From Nibricoccus sp. (GTDB lineage: Bacteria; Verrucomicrobiota; Verrucomicrobiia; Opitutales; Opitutaceae): a DNA stretch of 64,000 nucleotides. The position numbers and the translations under genes are program-made. This document shows, one piece after another, positions 20,987 to 32,494 of this stretch. Numbering within the stretch: position 1 is the stretch's first letter; every line of letters starts with the position of its first letter. A model generated the notes under the pieces. It searched no databases. It was given only the letters and a program-made list of their open reading frames with translations, and was not told the origin of the DNA. The stretch lies in contig JASGHG010000001.1 in NCBI GenBank assembly GCA_047602425.1, positions 832,001 to 896,000 of the forward strand, read 5' to 3'.

Positions 20987-21586
20987 CTAGGCGGCCTTCC
21001 CCTCGAGGCGGGGGCGCATGAGCAGCATTCCATAATGATATTGGCAGCAGGCCGATAAATCCTGGTCGCGCAGGAAAACGAAACCCGCCGCTTCCGCCCA
21101 GGCCCGGCATTGCTCCGGGCGTGGACGAACCGTCATCGACGGGCCGCGCGGGGTCGTCGGATCGTATTTCCAGTGAATAATCGAAACCACGCCGCCCGGC
21201 TTCAAAATCCTATAAGCCTCCGCCAGCAATCGCACCGGCTGTTCGATATGCAGGAGATTGTAGATCATGGTGTGGTCGACACTTGAGGCGGGCAAGGCCG
21301 TGCCTTGGGTCACAAAATCGCGCACCTCCGCCCGGACGTTCGCCAGGCCCAGGCGACGAGCCTTCTGTTGTACCTGTGCCACGAGTTCGGGTTCGATGTC
21401 GAAAGCATGGACGATGCCGGTCGTTCGCGTGGCGACCGGAAATGTGAAGGTGCCATAACCGCTGCCAAACTCCGCCACGTGCTCGGTTTTGCCGCGGGCA
21501 CATTCTAATTTTTCAACGATGCACTCGGCGTCGTAGAAGGACTGCCAATAGGTTTCGTCGGGCATGCCACTTTCACGACCTTTCAT
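20987..21586 (-). CDS. Class I SAM-dependent methyltransferase
   Basis: VAEFGSGYGTF, HAFDIE, EAYRILKPGG. Confidence 0.9.
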   Translation of the reverse strand: MKGRESGMPDETYWQSFYDAECIVEKLECARGKTEHVAEFGSGYGTFTFPVATRTTGIVHAFDIEPELVAQVQQKARRLGLANVRAEVRDFVTQGTALPASSVDHTMIYNLLHIEQPVRLLAEAYRILKPGGVVSIIHWKYDPTTPRGPSMTVRPRPEQCRAWAEAAGFVFLRDQDLSACCQYHYGMLLMRPRLEGKAA

Positions 21587-21760
21587 AAGCGCGGTAAAAT
21601 AACATTCTCGCTCAACCCGGCAAGGCGCCCTTCAACTTTGCGCTTCGCGTTGTCTTCCTGATTGTTTACACGTCTTTCATCCTGCTCAAACCCAGCCACA
21701 AGGAACTTCGCGACACCGAACCTGACTGATCTGCCTTCCTCTTTGCATTCCAAATTTTCC

Positions 21761-23677
21761 ATGACCTCCCTTTCCTTTCGCCAACTCTTCCGTGCCCTCG
21801 CCGCGCTGGGCGCTTTGTCCTTCGCGCTCGCGCTGACCGCCGCGTCCGCTTTTGCCGACGATACGCCGGCTCCCGCAGCCACGGCGGCCGAAGCCGACAC
21901 GATCATTTCGACGAAACCAATGGCGTTCGAAACCGAAGACGGCAATGCCCACGGCGATCTCACCGTTCCGCCCGAGGTCCTCGGCACCGAAACCATTCCT
22001 CATCTTTTCTTCACCATCACCGCCAATCCGCAGCATGGCCGTGTCGGCCTGGCTGGCGGTGACGACGCCGATTTCTACAACAACGCCACTTCCCGCCAGG
22101 GCTATTTCCTCTATCAGGCGAATCCCGACTACGAGGGAACTGACTCCTTCAGCTATTCCGTGCGCAACGAAACCACCGGTCTCGTCTCCAAGAACACGGT
22201 CACAATCACGATGAAGATGCCGGCGCCCATGGTATTGGACAAATACCAGATCGAGGCCACCCAGGACCGCACCTTGACGGTCCGCGAGGTCGAAATCACC
22301 ACCCGCCCCAACCTGCCCGTCACCCAAAAGGTCCTCAGTCACGAAGATTTCATGGCCTCGGACGTCCGCGCCGCCATCGCCAACGCCAAGATCGCCTACG
22401 TGCTCGACGAAAAGAAGAAGCCCAAAAACGGCACGGCCAAGCTCGATCGCACCACCGGCCAGCTCACCTACGCGCCCAACCCGGGTTTTGTCGGCGAAGA
22501 CCGGTTCGGCTATTATACGTTCGACGAAAACAACCAGCAGCTGGGCGTCGACAACTTCATCAAGGTCTCGGTCGAACCCATTCGCACGCCCCAACACATC
22601 ATGGTTGACCGCTCCAAGAGCCGCGAGGTCGACCTCGTCTTCGTTATCAACAATTCGCCTTCGATGGCCGCGCATCAGAGCCGGATCGCCGCCAACCTGA
22701 GTCGCTTCCGCCAGCTCTTCCGCGAGCGCGATCTCGACTACCGCATCGGCGTACTCACGACCGACTTCGTCAATGCCGAGCCGGGCCGCAGCGTCAATGA
22801 CCAGCCGTATTTCAAGCAGGTCCGCTCCACCGAATTCGACAAGGCCGGAAACCCCGTGCTCGACAAAAACAAGAAACCAAAGACCACCACCAAACGCGTG
22901 GCCAGCAATGGCCTGCTCGTGACTCTTCCCGTGCTGGACCAGCCGTGGATTACGCCGCAGACACCCGACAGCCTGTTTGCCGAACTGGTCAAAGTAGGCA
23001 CCAACGGCAACAGCAACCGCACCGCATTTACCTCGGTGTATAATTTCGTCGCCGGTTACTACAACAAGCAGCACACCTTCCTGCGTCCCGACGCCATGAC
23101 GATCGTCGTCTTCTTCATGGACGAAGAAGAGACGCGCATGGCCACTTGGAAGGACGACAAGCCCGGCCGTGATGGCGTTCGTGAAGCCGAGTGGATTGAA
23201 GACGGCAAACTGCCCGACCTGCTTAACCAATATAACAAACGCAATCCCCAGAAACGCCTGACACTCGACGGCTACATCGAGCAATGGGTGCTGCGCCCCT
23301 TCATCATCGTCAAAGGCAACAAGCGCGGAAAACTCGAAATGGACGCGGTGGTGTCGCCGAAAAACATTTCGCATCGCCGCGCTGCGGAACTCACCGGCGG
23401 CACCGTGTTGAACATCGAAAGCGATTTCTCCGGCGCGCTCGCCGCGCTCGGCGACCGCATCGCCGAGACTGTCGCCGTCGCGCTCGACCCTGTCGCGCCT
23501 GGCTCCACGCTCTACAAGAAAAGCCTCCGCGTGCTGGTCGACGGCGAGGAAGTCGGCGCCGATCCAGAAAATGGATACAGCTACGACGAGCGCACGCACA
23601 GCGTCCGCTTCCAAGGCGCCGCCAAGAAAAAAGCTTTCACCGCGAAAATCGACATCACCTACGAAGAGCACCGGTGA
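21761..23677 (+). CDS. Secreted protein with two Ig/cadherin-like (Big_9-type) repeats and a vWA-like domain
   Basis: Signal peptide; YQANPDYEGTDSFSYSV and YAPNPGFVGEDRFGY; VDLVFVINNSPSM; YRIGVLTTD. Confidence 0.8.
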   Translation: MTSLSFRQLFRALAALGALSFALALTAASAFADDTPAPAATAAEADTIISTKPMAFETEDGNAHGDLTVPPEVLGTETIPHLFFTITANPQHGRVGLAGGDDADFYNNATSRQGYFLYQANPDYEGTDSFSYSVRNETTGLVSKNTVTITMKMPAPMVLDKYQIEATQDRTLTVREVEITTRPNLPVTQKVLSHEDFMASDVRAAIANAKIAYVLDEKKKPKNGTAKLDRTTGQLTYAPNPGFVGEDRFGYYTFDENNQQLGVDNFIKVSVEPIRTPQHIMVDRSKSREVDLVFVINNSPSMAAHQSRIAANLSRFRQLFRERDLDYRIGVLTTDFVNAEPGRSVNDQPYFKQVRSTEFDKAGNPVLDKNKKPKTTTKRVASNGLLVTLPVLDQPWITPQTPDSLFAELVKVGTNGNSNRTAFTSVYNFVAGYYNKQHTFLRPDAMTIVVFFMDEEETRMATWKDDKPGRDGVREAEWIEDGKLPDLLNQYNKRNPQKRLTLDGYIEQWVLRPFIIVKGNKRGKLEMDAVVSPKNISHRRAAELTGGTVLNIESDFSGALAALGDRIAETVAVALDPVAPGSTLYKKSLRVLVDGEEVGADPENGYSYDERTHSVRFQGAAKKKAFTAKIDITYEEHR

Positions 23678-23765
23678 GCTAAAGTGGAGAGGCCTGACCG
23701 CTGGCGGCATTCCTAAACCTAGGCCACGCATTATTCTCTCTCGTTCTCTTTATCTTTTTCCAACC

Positions 23766-23798
23766 AAAGCCCCGCGCCAAACGCGCGGGGCTTTTTGC
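23766..23798 (+). terminator. Intrinsic terminator
   Basis: aaagccccgcgc-caaac-gcgcggggctttttg. Confidence 0.85.
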
Positions 23799-23921
23799 AT
23801 CTTGGAAACGAGAACCCGCCTGCCGCCGCCATTCGATCTCCTGATGCATACGATAAAAAAGCCTCATTCGTGACAGATCTGTGACATGTTCCTCACGCCA
23901 TTCGACTAAAGTCCGAGTCGA

Positions 23922-25538
23922 ATGAAAAATTGGACAATTGCGAAACGTATCACCACCGGTGGTACCACTCTCCTCGTACTCTTGCTCGTCGTTAGCGCCG
24001 TAGCTGTTTCCGCCCTCTCGCGTCTGGAAACCTTCGCCGGCAAACGGTTGCGCGATGATGCCATACCCGGCATCGTCTACGCCTCAGAGCTTACTTCACA
24101 AACGCTGCGCGGCTATATCCGTCTGCTCATGGCGGCAAATGCTCCCACCGAAGCCAAACGCGACGACCATCTCGCGAAGGGAGACAAGGCCGTGGAAGAC
24201 GCCTCAAAAGCGATGGACAGCTATGAGCAACGCATAACCGCTGCGGAGGATCGCGCCAATTTCGAAGACTTGAAAGTCAAACGTGCCGCCTTCCGCGAGG
24301 CTCGGGCCACGTACATCGCTTTTCTTAAGGCCAACAAAATTGCCGAAGCAGAAGCCTTCGAGCAGGAAAAGATGGAGCCTCTCTACTTCTCGTTTCGCGA
24401 ACAGATCACCAAGATCGCTGCCTGGAACGAAGCGGTGGCAATAAAGGTGACCGAAGAAATGGTCACAACTTCTCACGGCGCCAAGTTCGTCGCCACACTC
24501 GTCGCCAGCCTCAGCATTCTCACCGCCCTTGTGCTTGGCTGGATAATCATTCGCAGCACCAACCGCGCTTTGCAGCAAATGGCTGGTTCCCTCGACGACG
24601 CCTCCAGCCAGGTGGCCGCCGCCGCGCGTCAGGTATCCGTCGGCAGCCAGTCGCTCGCCGAAGGCGCCAGCGAACAGGCTTCCAGCCTCGAAGAATCCAG
24701 CTCTTCCCTCGAAGAACTCGCCTCCATGACCAAGCGCAATGCCGAGAGCGCCGTTTCCGCCAAAACTTTTTCGGGCGAAGCCCGCATTGCTGCCAATGCC
24801 GGCAACGGTGATATGACCGAAATGCGCCGGGCAATGGACGCCATCAAAACCTCTTCGAACGATATCGCCAATATCATCAAGTCCATCGACGAAATCGCCT
24901 TCCAAACCAACATCCTCGCCCTAAACGCCGCCGTTGAAGCCGCCCGCGCCGGCGCGGCCGGAGCCGGTTTCGCCGTCGTCGCCGACGAAGTTCGCGCTCT
25001 CGCGCAGCGCTCGGCCACCTCCGCCAAGGAAACCGCCTCCAAGATCGAAGTCGCCATCCAGAACAGCGACCACGGCGTACGCATCTCCGAGAAGGTCGCC
25101 AGTTCCCTCGGTGTCATCCTCGAAAAAGTCCTCAAGGTCGACGAACTCGTTGCCGAGATTTCCACCGCATCCAGCGAACAGAACCAAGGCATCAGTCAGA
25201 TCAATACTGCGGTGAGCCAGATGGACAAGGTCACGCAGTCCAACGCCGCGAACGCCGAGGAAACCGCCGCCGCGGCTGAGGAACTCACCGCCCAGTCCGC
25301 CTCGTTGAAGGACACTGTCGGCCATTTGCGCGAGCTCGTCGGTGGCAACGACAAAACGAATCAGCCGGCAATTTCCGAACCGGACGCTCCAGCCAAATCG
25401 GTTTCTGCGCTTCCCCGGAAACGATCGACTTTCAGCGGCCCCGCGCTCATCTCCACCCGCCCTCCACAGCGCCATAAGCCGCTCGCCTCAACCGGATCTC
25501 ACAACGATGCCAACGGCAACTTTTTCAAAGACGCCTGA
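23922..25538 (+). CDS. Methyl-accepting chemotaxis protein (4HB sensor)
   Basis: Two TMs; [23 protein letters not shown]...[10 protein letters not shown]. Confidence 0.95.
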   Translation: MKNWTIAKRITTGGTTLLVLLLVVSAVAVSALSRLETFAGKRLRDDAIPGIVYASELTSQTLRGYIRLLMAANAPTEAKRDDHLAKGDKAVEDASKAMDSYEQRITAAEDRANFEDLKVKRAAFREARATYIAFLKANKIAEAEAFEQEKMEPLYFSFREQITKIAAWNEAVAIKVTEEMVTTSHGAKFVATLVASLSILTALVLGWIIIRSTNRALQQMAGSLDDASSQVAAAARQVSVGSQSLAEGASEQASSLEESSSSLEELASMTKRNAESAVSAKTFSGEARIAANAGNGDMTEMRRAMDAIKTSSNDIANIIKSIDEIAFQTNILALNAAVEAARAGAAGAGFAVVADEVRALAQRSATSAKETASKIEVAIQNSDHGVRISEKVASSLGVILEKVLKVDELVAEISTASSEQNQGISQINTAVSQMDKVTQSNAANAEETAAAAEELTAQSASLKDTVGHLRELVGGNDKTNQPAISEPDAPAKSVSALPRKRSTFSGPALISTRPPQRHKPLASTGSHNDANGNFFKDA

Positions 25539-25607
25539 TCTGCAAACAACCCTGGGCCGTCACCGTCTTCAAAATAACATCAGTCACAGAAAACCGTCTT
25601 TCATCCC

Positions 25608-26111
25608 ATGAGTACCGATGCAGTCCTCGCCTCTTCTCTCCAAATTCTCGCCGGCAAATATCTGACCGTCGTCCTCGACAACGAAGCCTACGGCATCTCG
25701 GTGCTGAAGGTGCGTGAAATTATCCGCATGCAGAAAATCACTCCGATCCCGCAGATGCCGGAATTCGTCAAAGGCGTGATCAATCTGCGCGGCCGTGTGA
25801 TTCCCGTCGTCGATCTGCGCGTGAAGTTCGGACTCAAGGGCGAGTTCACCGAGCGCACCTGCGTGGTTGTTGTCCAAGTCGAAGTCACCTCGGCCAAGAC
25901 CATGCAAATGGGTCTGGTGGTTGATTCGGTTGAGGAAGTCCTCAACGTCTCCGCGGACATGATCGAACCCACGCCTGAGTTTGGCACAGTCATCGACACC
26001 AGCTACCTTCTCGGCATGGTGAAGGCCAAGGGCCAGGTCAAAACCCTCCTCGACATCAATCGCGTGGTTGCGCCGGAAACCGTGCAATCCCTCGCTCGCA
26101 GCGCCGCCTAA
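25608..26111 (+). CDS. cheW: Chemotaxis protein CheW
   Basis: VREII, PEFVKGVINLRGRVIPVVDLR, GLVVDSVEEV. Confidence 0.95.
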   Translation: MSTDAVLASSLQILAGKYLTVVLDNEAYGISVLKVREIIRMQKITPIPQMPEFVKGVINLRGRVIPVVDLRVKFGLKGEFTERTCVVVVQVEVTSAKTMQMGLVVDSVEEVLNVSADMIEPTPEFGTVIDTSYLLGMVKAKGQVKTLLDINRVVAPETVQSLARSAA

Positions 26112-26302
26112 AAACTGCGTTCTCTTCAGCATTCTGATCGCGCGCCTCGCTTTCCGGGGTGCCGGGAAGGTCGCGTGGCCGCATTCCCGAATTCGGGCAG
26201 GGTATTTTACCGAGGTGCTTTTTACGCTTTTAAGAGAATTAACCCGGTGGTTGTGACGATAATGTGACAAGCCTCCAGCTCTTCCTCGTTATACTCTCAT
26301 CC

Positions 26303-28441
26303 ATGAAATTGGAAATCGGCTCACCGATCACTCCGCGCAAGACATCCTTCGGCGACACCCAGTCCGGGAAAAAAGCCCGCTTTTTTTCCCGTACAAAAAT
26401 TAGCACCAAAATCACTCTGCTGGGTGGCGTGCCGGTCGTCGTCACGGTGGCGGCGATTTGTCTCAGTATATTGTTTCAGCGCGAACGGCTCGCGCAGAAT
26501 GTCGATAGCACGATCAATCAGCAGGCGGTCAACGAGGCTTCGAAGATCGCCCGCAACGCCTATTTACTTTGCGCCAGCAATGAGGCGCGCAATCAGCGGG
26601 AACTCGCGCACAGCTTGGAGGCGGCGCGCGATTTGCTCGCTCAAGCCGGCGGCGTCCGGCTGTCGGAGGAAACCGTCACCTGGCAGGCGGCCAATCAGTT
26701 GACCAAGCAGACGGCGGAACAGGCCCTGCCGAAGCTTTTAATCGGGACCCGCTGGCCGGGCCAGAATACGCTAGCCACCACGCCGGCGCCCGTGGTCGAC
26801 GACGTCCGCCACTTTACCGGAAGCTTCTGCACCATCTTTCAACGCATGAATGACGCCGGCGATATGCTTCGCGTTTGCACGAGTGTGCTCAAAACGGATG
26901 GCACGCGCGCGCTCGGCACTTACATTCCCGCGAAAAACCCCGATGGCTCCAACAACGTCGTGGTCGAGACCGTGCTTTCGGGCAAAACTTACAGCGGGCG
27001 CGCCTTCGTGGTGAACGACTGGCACGTGGCCTCCTACGAACCGATTTGGGACGATGCCCACGGCCGGATCATCGGCATGCTCTACGTCGGCGTGCCGCTC
27101 GCAACGATCAATCAGGAGCTCCGCGATGCCATCATGAAAATGAAAGTGGGCAAAACCGGTTACGTTTTCGTCATCGGAACCAAGGGCGATCAACGCGGAC
27201 GCTATATTATTTCGCATCAAGGCAAACGTGATGGAGAAAACCTCTGGGAGGCGAAAGACGCCGCCGGAAGTCTCTTTATCCAGAACATCGTCAACAAGGC
27301 GCTGGCCACCCGCGATGGCGACACCGCCGTAGAAACCTACCCTTGGAAAAACGAAGGTGACGCGGCCCCTCGCCTCAAGCTGACCGCCATCACTTATCAT
27401 CCCGCGTGGGACTGGGCCATTGGGGCAGGAGCTTACGTGGACGATTTTTCAGAGGTGCGCAGCCATCTCGACAACGCCCAGAAAAGGCTCATCTGGTCCG
27501 TGGTGGGTGTGGCCCTTGTAGGCGCGGTGTTGGCGACGTTGGCTGGTTTTCTTTTTTCACGTCGCATCTCGAAACCCGTTACGGAAGTGATTGCGGAGCT
27601 CCGCAAGGGGGCCGATCAGGTCACAAGTTCCGCCAATCAGGTTGCGATGGCCAGCAAGTCTCTGGCTGATGGTTCGAGCTCGCAGGCTGCCAGCCTCGAA
27701 GAGTCGAGCGCCTCGCTGGAGGAGCTCTCATCGATGACCAAGCGCAACGCCGAGAACGCCTCGTCGGCCAAGGAAGCTGCCGTTCAAGCGCGGCAGTCAG
27801 CGGAAGCAGGCACGGATCGCATGCAGGCCATGTTGAACGCGATGCAGGCCATCACCGCGGCCAGCGACGAAATCTCCAAGATCCTCAAGACCATCGACGA
27901 AATTTCCTTCCAGACCAATATCCTCGCCCTGAACGCCGCGGTCGAAGCCGCAAGAGCCGGTGAAGCCGGCGCAGGTTTTGCGGTGGTCGCCGAGGAAGTG
28001 CGGGCACTCGCCCAACGCTCCGCCATGGCCGCAAAAGAAACCGCCGCCAGAATCGACGATTCCGTGACCAAGAGCCGGCAAGGCGCCGGGATCAGCGAAG
28101 AGGTCGCGCGCAGTTTTGAGGCAATCCAACAGCAGATCGTCCAGCTTGACCGCTTGGTCGGTGAAATAGCCACTGCCTCCAACGAACAGAGTCAGGGTCT
28201 CGAACAAATTACCACCGCCATCGCTCAAATGGATCACGTCACCCAGGCCAACGCCGCCAGTGCCGAAGAATCCGCCGCCGCCTCGCAAGATCTCGATGCC
28301 CAGGCGAAGCTGCTCAGCGGCGCCGTAGGCAGCCTGCAGGCGCTCGTCGGAGGTGCGAAAGAATCTTCCGAGCAAAAACCACCTGCCATGAGTAAAACGC
28401 CTTCCGCAGCCAAGGCGCGACGCGAGCGCGTTGCGGTTTAG
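26303..28441 (+). CDS. Methyl-accepting chemotaxis protein with Cache sensor domain(s)
   Basis: TIFQRMN...RALGTYI...GRAFVV...YEPI...IGMLYVG; MCP hairpin [20 protein letters not shown]. Confidence 0.93.
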   Translation: MKLEIGSPITPRKTSFGDTQSGKKARFFSRTKISTKITLLGGVPVVVTVAAICLSILFQRERLAQNVDSTINQQAVNEASKIARNAYLLCASNEARNQRELAHSLEAARDLLAQAGGVRLSEETVTWQAANQLTKQTAEQALPKLLIGTRWPGQNTLATTPAPVVDDVRHFTGSFCTIFQRMNDAGDMLRVCTSVLKTDGTRALGTYIPAKNPDGSNNVVVETVLSGKTYSGRAFVVNDWHVASYEPIWDDAHGRIIGMLYVGVPLATINQELRDAIMKMKVGKTGYVFVIGTKGDQRGRYIISHQGKRDGENLWEAKDAAGSLFIQNIVNKALATRDGDTAVETYPWKNEGDAAPRLKLTAITYHPAWDWAIGAGAYVDDFSEVRSHLDNAQKRLIWSVVGVALVGAVLATLAGFLFSRRISKPVTEVIAELRKGADQVTSSANQVAMASKSLADGSSSQAASLEESSASLEELSSMTKRNAENASSAKEAAVQARQSAEAGTDRMQAMLNAMQAITAASDEISKILKTIDEISFQTNILALNAAVEAARAGEAGAGFAVVAEEVRALAQRSAMAAKETAARIDDSVTKSRQGAGISEEVARSFEAIQQQIVQLDRLVGEIATASNEQSQGLEQITTAIAQMDHVTQANAASAEESAAASQDLDAQAKLLSGAVGSLQALVGGAKESSEQKPPAMSKTPSAAKARRERVAV

Positions 28442-28467
28442 GATTTCTCGCACCCCGCACGCTCCGC

Positions 28468-28543
28468 TGTAGGAGCGGGTTTATCCCGCGACGGCTTGCG
28501 TTCGTTCCCGTTAAAAAATCACGGCGTAAAGCCGCTCCTCCAG
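28468..28543. repeat. REP doublet (family D)
   Basis: tgtaggagcgggtttatcccgcga ... tcacggcgtaaagccgctcctccag as an inverted pair. Confidence 0.7.
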
Positions 28544-28824
28544 TTGGACCTCATGCGCCTGACTGCGAAGGGTAGAAATTGGGGTTGCTAGCATCACCCG
28601 CTCCTTTCAAACAGGGCGGAGATAGTCAGGGAGGAGAATCTTTTGAATTTTTCATCCATACCCCAGGGAGCGTCGTGCGGTTGCGTTCATTACCTCGTGA
28701 ATCGGCACCACCATGCCCTCGCGCATCCTCTCAATCGTCGTGGCGCAAACGGGCCCTTAACGGCGTCACGACGCAAACTCTCTAGTTCCGACTACAACGT
28801 CACAACATCGTAACTATATCAGTC

Positions 28825-31089
28825 ATGAAAATTAAAAGAATACCCCTCGGGATCGCCCTGTTGGCTGTCTCTGTATGTTCGGCGTTTGCGCAAACTCCGG
28901 TCGCGCTTTGGACTTTTGACCAAGGCAGCGGTACCACGGCCGCCGATGCCTCAGGTCGCGGCCATATGGCCACGTTGACCAGCGCGAGTTGGACCAACGC
29001 GGCGAAAGTCGGCGCCTATGCCCTCTCGCTCTCCGGCTCCGGCTACGGCGAAGCACCGGGCGCGGTCGTCAATACCTCTGCAAGCTTCACCGTGACCACA
29101 TGGGTGAAACTGAGCTCGGTTCAAGGCTATCAAACGCTTCTAAGTATCGATGGAAATCAAGTCAGTGGATTCTATCTTCAGCTCAACGCTGGTTCTGGCG
29201 GTAAGTTCGTCTTCAATCGACTGGCGAGCGATTCGACCTCGGCGGCGCCCACCGTGGCCGTCGCCAAGGCGGCGGCGGCAACCGGCTCGTGGTATCATTT
29301 GGCCGGTGTCTACGACGCGAGTGCGAAGACCATTGCCCTGTATATCAACGGAGCGCTTCAACAGTCGGTGGCTTTTACTTCGCCGTGGCAGGCGACGGGC
29401 ACCACCGCGATCGGACGCGGCAAGTTCAGCGGCAACAAGGTGGATTTCGTGCGAGGCGTAGTCGACGATGCGCGGATCTATGCTTCGGCCTTAACTGCCA
29501 GCCAAATCCAAACTTTAGCGACAGGCGGCGGTTCGAGCAGCAGCTCCAGTAGTTCAAGCAGCAGTTCGTCCAGCAGCAGCTCGAGTTCGAGCTCAAGCAG
29601 TTCCAGCTCGTCCAGCAGTTCAAGTAGCTCGAGCAGCTCAAGTGGTTCGGCCAGTTATTACACCTGGCCTTCCTATACACCCGTACTCGCCTACGACTAT
29701 GCCAATGAATATGGCACCATCGCACATCCCACTTCCGTGGCCAACGATGTCTCGAACGTCGCCGGCACGGCGATTTCCGACTGGTGGTGTTTCCGCTATG
29801 GCCCGAACAAAAACTCTCTGGTGACGGCCAATGCGTGGAATCCCATGCTCTCGCGCCTCAATGCCGATTTTGCCTATATCACCGACATCATGCGCTGGCC
29901 GCGCGATGGCCGTGCGCGCAATGGAAATTACAGCGCGGTTTATCTGTACGGCTCCGGTCTCTCCACGGACAACGCTTCGAACACGGCAACCGGCGGCTGG
30001 CAATCCTGGGCGGGCAACGGTCCGATCATCCTCGCGTCATATTATCCGGTGTACTCCTTCGATCCCGCCTGCACCTATGGTGATAGGGTCGCACAACAAG
30101 GTGCGATGGTGCACGAAGGCATCCACTGCATTCTCTCCACCATGCCTGGCTGCAAAAATGCCGCCTGGTTCCAGGAAGGTGGCAACACCTGGCTGCAAGC
30201 CGTGATGGAGTCCCAGCGCACCGGCGATTATAGCGATATGGGTTGGTTGAGCGCAGGCATGGCCCTGGCGCCTTTCATGCCGATCGAATGTTACAGCGGC
30301 TGGCTGCAGGACGGCAGTTTTGGCGGACCGAGCGCCGAAGCCGTCAACATGACCAATTCCAGCGGCCAGCAGGTTTGCACATGGAGGAAGCTGCTCGGCG
30401 GCAATCAATATGGGGAATGTTTTCCCCACGCCTGTGAAGTGATTCTTGGCCCGAAGAGCGTGGCGTGGATCTGGCGTTATTGCAGCGCCAGCGGTCGCGT
30501 GCTCCAGGACATGGCCCAGGTCAGCGGAGGTCTCGGCGACGTCCAGATGCGTCGCTTGATTCAGGAGTTTCGCGCGCGCCAGGCGATGTGCGACTTCGGC
30601 AAATGGTCCACCGCCTACAAAAACCTCCTTCTCGATACCTGGAACATGGTCATCGGACCGGAATGGTCGCCCTACTGGATCAACTGCCCGACATGGACGG
30701 CAACGTGTTACGTCGCCACAACCAACAGCAATGGTACACTCATACCGGAAACGCGCACGCTGCCCGGCTGGTCTGGCGCCAATCAAATCCCGCTGAAAGT
30801 CAGCGGCTCCTCCGCCACCGTGACGTTCAATCCCATCGGTGCCAACATGAGCTGCCAGCTCGTCTATCGCGATACCAGCGGCAATATCCGCTACAGCGTT
30901 CCCGTGAGCAGCGGCACCTGCACGATCCCGTTGAGCAATGTAAAAAACAACGTCGTCATCGCCGTCATCTGCAACACCGACTACATCTACTACGGTGAGT
31001 CGACCCGAACCGCCCACTATGACTATCGTCTCACCCTCGGCGCGGGCGTAACCGGTACGGCCGACATCAACACCCAATGGTTTAACTGA
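28825..31089 (+). CDS. Secreted LamG/ConA-like + poly-Ser linker + HExxH metalloprotease-like domain (DUF6055-like)
   Basis: Signal peptide; WYHLAGVYD...DDARIY; poly-Ser linker; MVHEGIH. Confidence 0.85.
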   Translation: MKIKRIPLGIALLAVSVCSAFAQTPVALWTFDQGSGTTAADASGRGHMATLTSASWTNAAKVGAYALSLSGSGYGEAPGAVVNTSASFTVTTWVKLSSVQGYQTLLSIDGNQVSGFYLQLNAGSGGKFVFNRLASDSTSAAPTVAVAKAAAATGSWYHLAGVYDASAKTIALYINGALQQSVAFTSPWQATGTTAIGRGKFSGNKVDFVRGVVDDARIYASALTASQIQTLATGGGSSSSSSSSSSSSSSSSSSSSSSSSSSSSSSSSSSSSSGSASYYTWPSYTPVLAYDYANEYGTIAHPTSVANDVSNVAGTAISDWWCFRYGPNKNSLVTANAWNPMLSRLNADFAYITDIMRWPRDGRARNGNYSAVYLYGSGLSTDNASNTATGGWQSWAGNGPIILASYYPVYSFDPACTYGDRVAQQGAMVHEGIHCILSTMPGCKNAAWFQEGGNTWLQAVMESQRTGDYSDMGWLSAGMALAPFMPIECYSGWLQDGSFGGPSAEAVNMTNSSGQQVCTWRKLLGGNQYGECFPHACEVILGPKSVAWIWRYCSASGRVLQDMAQVSGGLGDVQMRRLIQEFRARQAMCDFGKWSTAYKNLLLDTWNMVIGPEWSPYWINCPTWTATCYVATTNSNGTLIPETRTLPGWSGANQIPLKVSGSSATVTFNPIGANMSCQLVYRDTSGNIRYSVPVSSGTCTIPLSNVKNNVVIAVICNTDYIYYGESTRTAHYDYRLTLGAGVTGTADINTQWFN

Positions 31090-31114
31090 GTTGAATCGCA
31101 CCGCACTAAATGCC

Positions 31115-31150
31115 AACCGCCAGTCCTGCATCGCCGGGACTGGCGGTTTT
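31115..31150 (+). terminator. Intrinsic terminator
   Basis: aaccgccagtcc-loop-ggactggcggtttt. Confidence 0.65.
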
Positions 31151-31156
31151 CCCGCC

Positions 31157-32494
31157 ATGCCAATTTCATATCTGCGCGTCGTTGCCATCGCCAGCATGCT
31201 TCTTTTTTCCTGCGCGTTGATCCACGCTCAGACGAACCCTTCATCAAGATCCAAAACCGTGGCCCTGCTCGAGGGACATGCGGTGACCGAATCCGATTTC
31301 GACCGATTTCTCCGCGGCAATCTTGCTTCGGGGGAAATTCAGAAGATCCAGAGCGACCCCGCGAGCCATCGCCAAATACTCGACGAATTCTTCGATTTGA
31401 TCGCTCTCGCGACCAAGGCGAAGAAGGACGGTTTGGACCAAAGCATTCGTTTTAAGAAAGCCCGTGAACTGCTCGAAATTAAATTGCTGGCGCGCTGCCT
31501 TCAGGAGCGTCTTCACTCGGAATCGCTCGCCTCGATCCCTCGCGTCGACGAGTCCGAACTTCAAGACTTCTACAACCAGCATCGCGAGCGCTTTGAGGTT
31601 CCGGCACGTTTCACCGCGCGACACATCCTGGTGTGGGTCAAAGGTAATTCCGCTTTCCCCGAAAAAGGCCTGGACGCCGCTGCCGCCCGGAGAAAAGCCG
31701 AGGAAGCCCGTCAAAAATTGCAGGCTGGCGAAAGCTGGGAAAGTGTCGCCCGCGACTACTCGGACGATATCGCCTCCAACCAACAGGGCGGACTGCTCGC
31801 CGAGACAACGTTTGGGATTTTTCCACCGGAGTTTGAGGCCGCCATCCGACAACAAAAAGCGGGCGGGTGCGGAGAGGTTATCCGAACCTCCTTCGGCTAC
31901 CACGTCGTGCGCGTCGAACAATATTGCGAGGGAAAACAGAAAACCTTCGAAAGCGTGAAGACGGATATCGCCAACGATTTGGTCGCGAAACGACAAGTCC
32001 TCGCAACGAAAGCCGCCATGAAGGCTCTGCGCGATGAAATGGGCCTCGTCGAACTGCCCGCGACGGATGCGTCCACGCCGAGCCGTGAGAGGGAGGGAAA
32101 CAACGTCCTCGCGATGCTGGGCGGCGAAGCCGTCCGTGAGATCGATTTTCAATGGTTCGTTCGCGATGCCTATCGGGCCGGACAACGCGATCGCGTCCTG
32201 CAAAAACCCGGAGCACGCCAGGTATTGTTGCAGACCTACCTCGACATGCGGACCCTCGAGGCAAAAGCCAAACAGGATGGCATCGACAAACAATCCGACT
32301 ACGCTGACGTGTATTTTGTGATGGAAATGCGCCTTCTCGCCGAGTTCCTTCAGGAGCGCGACAAAACCAATCCTTGGAACGTGCCCGCCGGCACCGACGC
32401 AGAACGCTCCCTCGCCCTGCGCAATTATCTCCAACGTATTCGCGCGGAAGTTGGGCTCATTCCGTACAACGAGTTTTCCGCCTCCGCACAATAG
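31157..32494 (+). CDS. PpiC/parvulin-type peptidyl-prolyl isomerase
   Basis: ARHILV, VARDYSDD...GGLL, PEFEAAI, RTSFGYHVVRV. Confidence 0.88.
   Translation: MPISYLRVVAIASMLLFSCALIHAQTNPSSRSKTVALLEGHAVTESDFDRFLRGNLASGEIQKIQSDPASHRQILDEFFDLIALATKAKKDGLDQSIRFKKARELLEIKLLARCLQERLHSESLASIPRVDESELQDFYNQHRERFEVPARFTARHILVWVKGNSAFPEKGLDAAAARRKAEEARQKLQAGESWESVARDYSDDIASNQQGGLLAETTFGIFPPEFEAAIRQQKAGGCGEVIRTSFGYHVVRVEQYCEGKQKTFESVKTDIANDLVAKRQVLATKAAMKALRDEMGLVELPATDASTPSREREGNNVLAMLGGEAVREIDFQWFVRDAYRAGQRDRVLQKPGARQVLLQTYLDMRTLEAKAKQDGIDKQSDYADVYFVMEMRLLAEFLQERDKTNPWNVPAGTDAERSLALRNYLQRIRAEVGLIPYNEFSASAQ

Noticed and set aside
29530..29646. Poly-Ser tracts as microsatellites or phase-variation sites (also 52215-52340)
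   Set aside because: They use mixed Ser codons in frame, consistent with protein linkers rather than slippage tracts.
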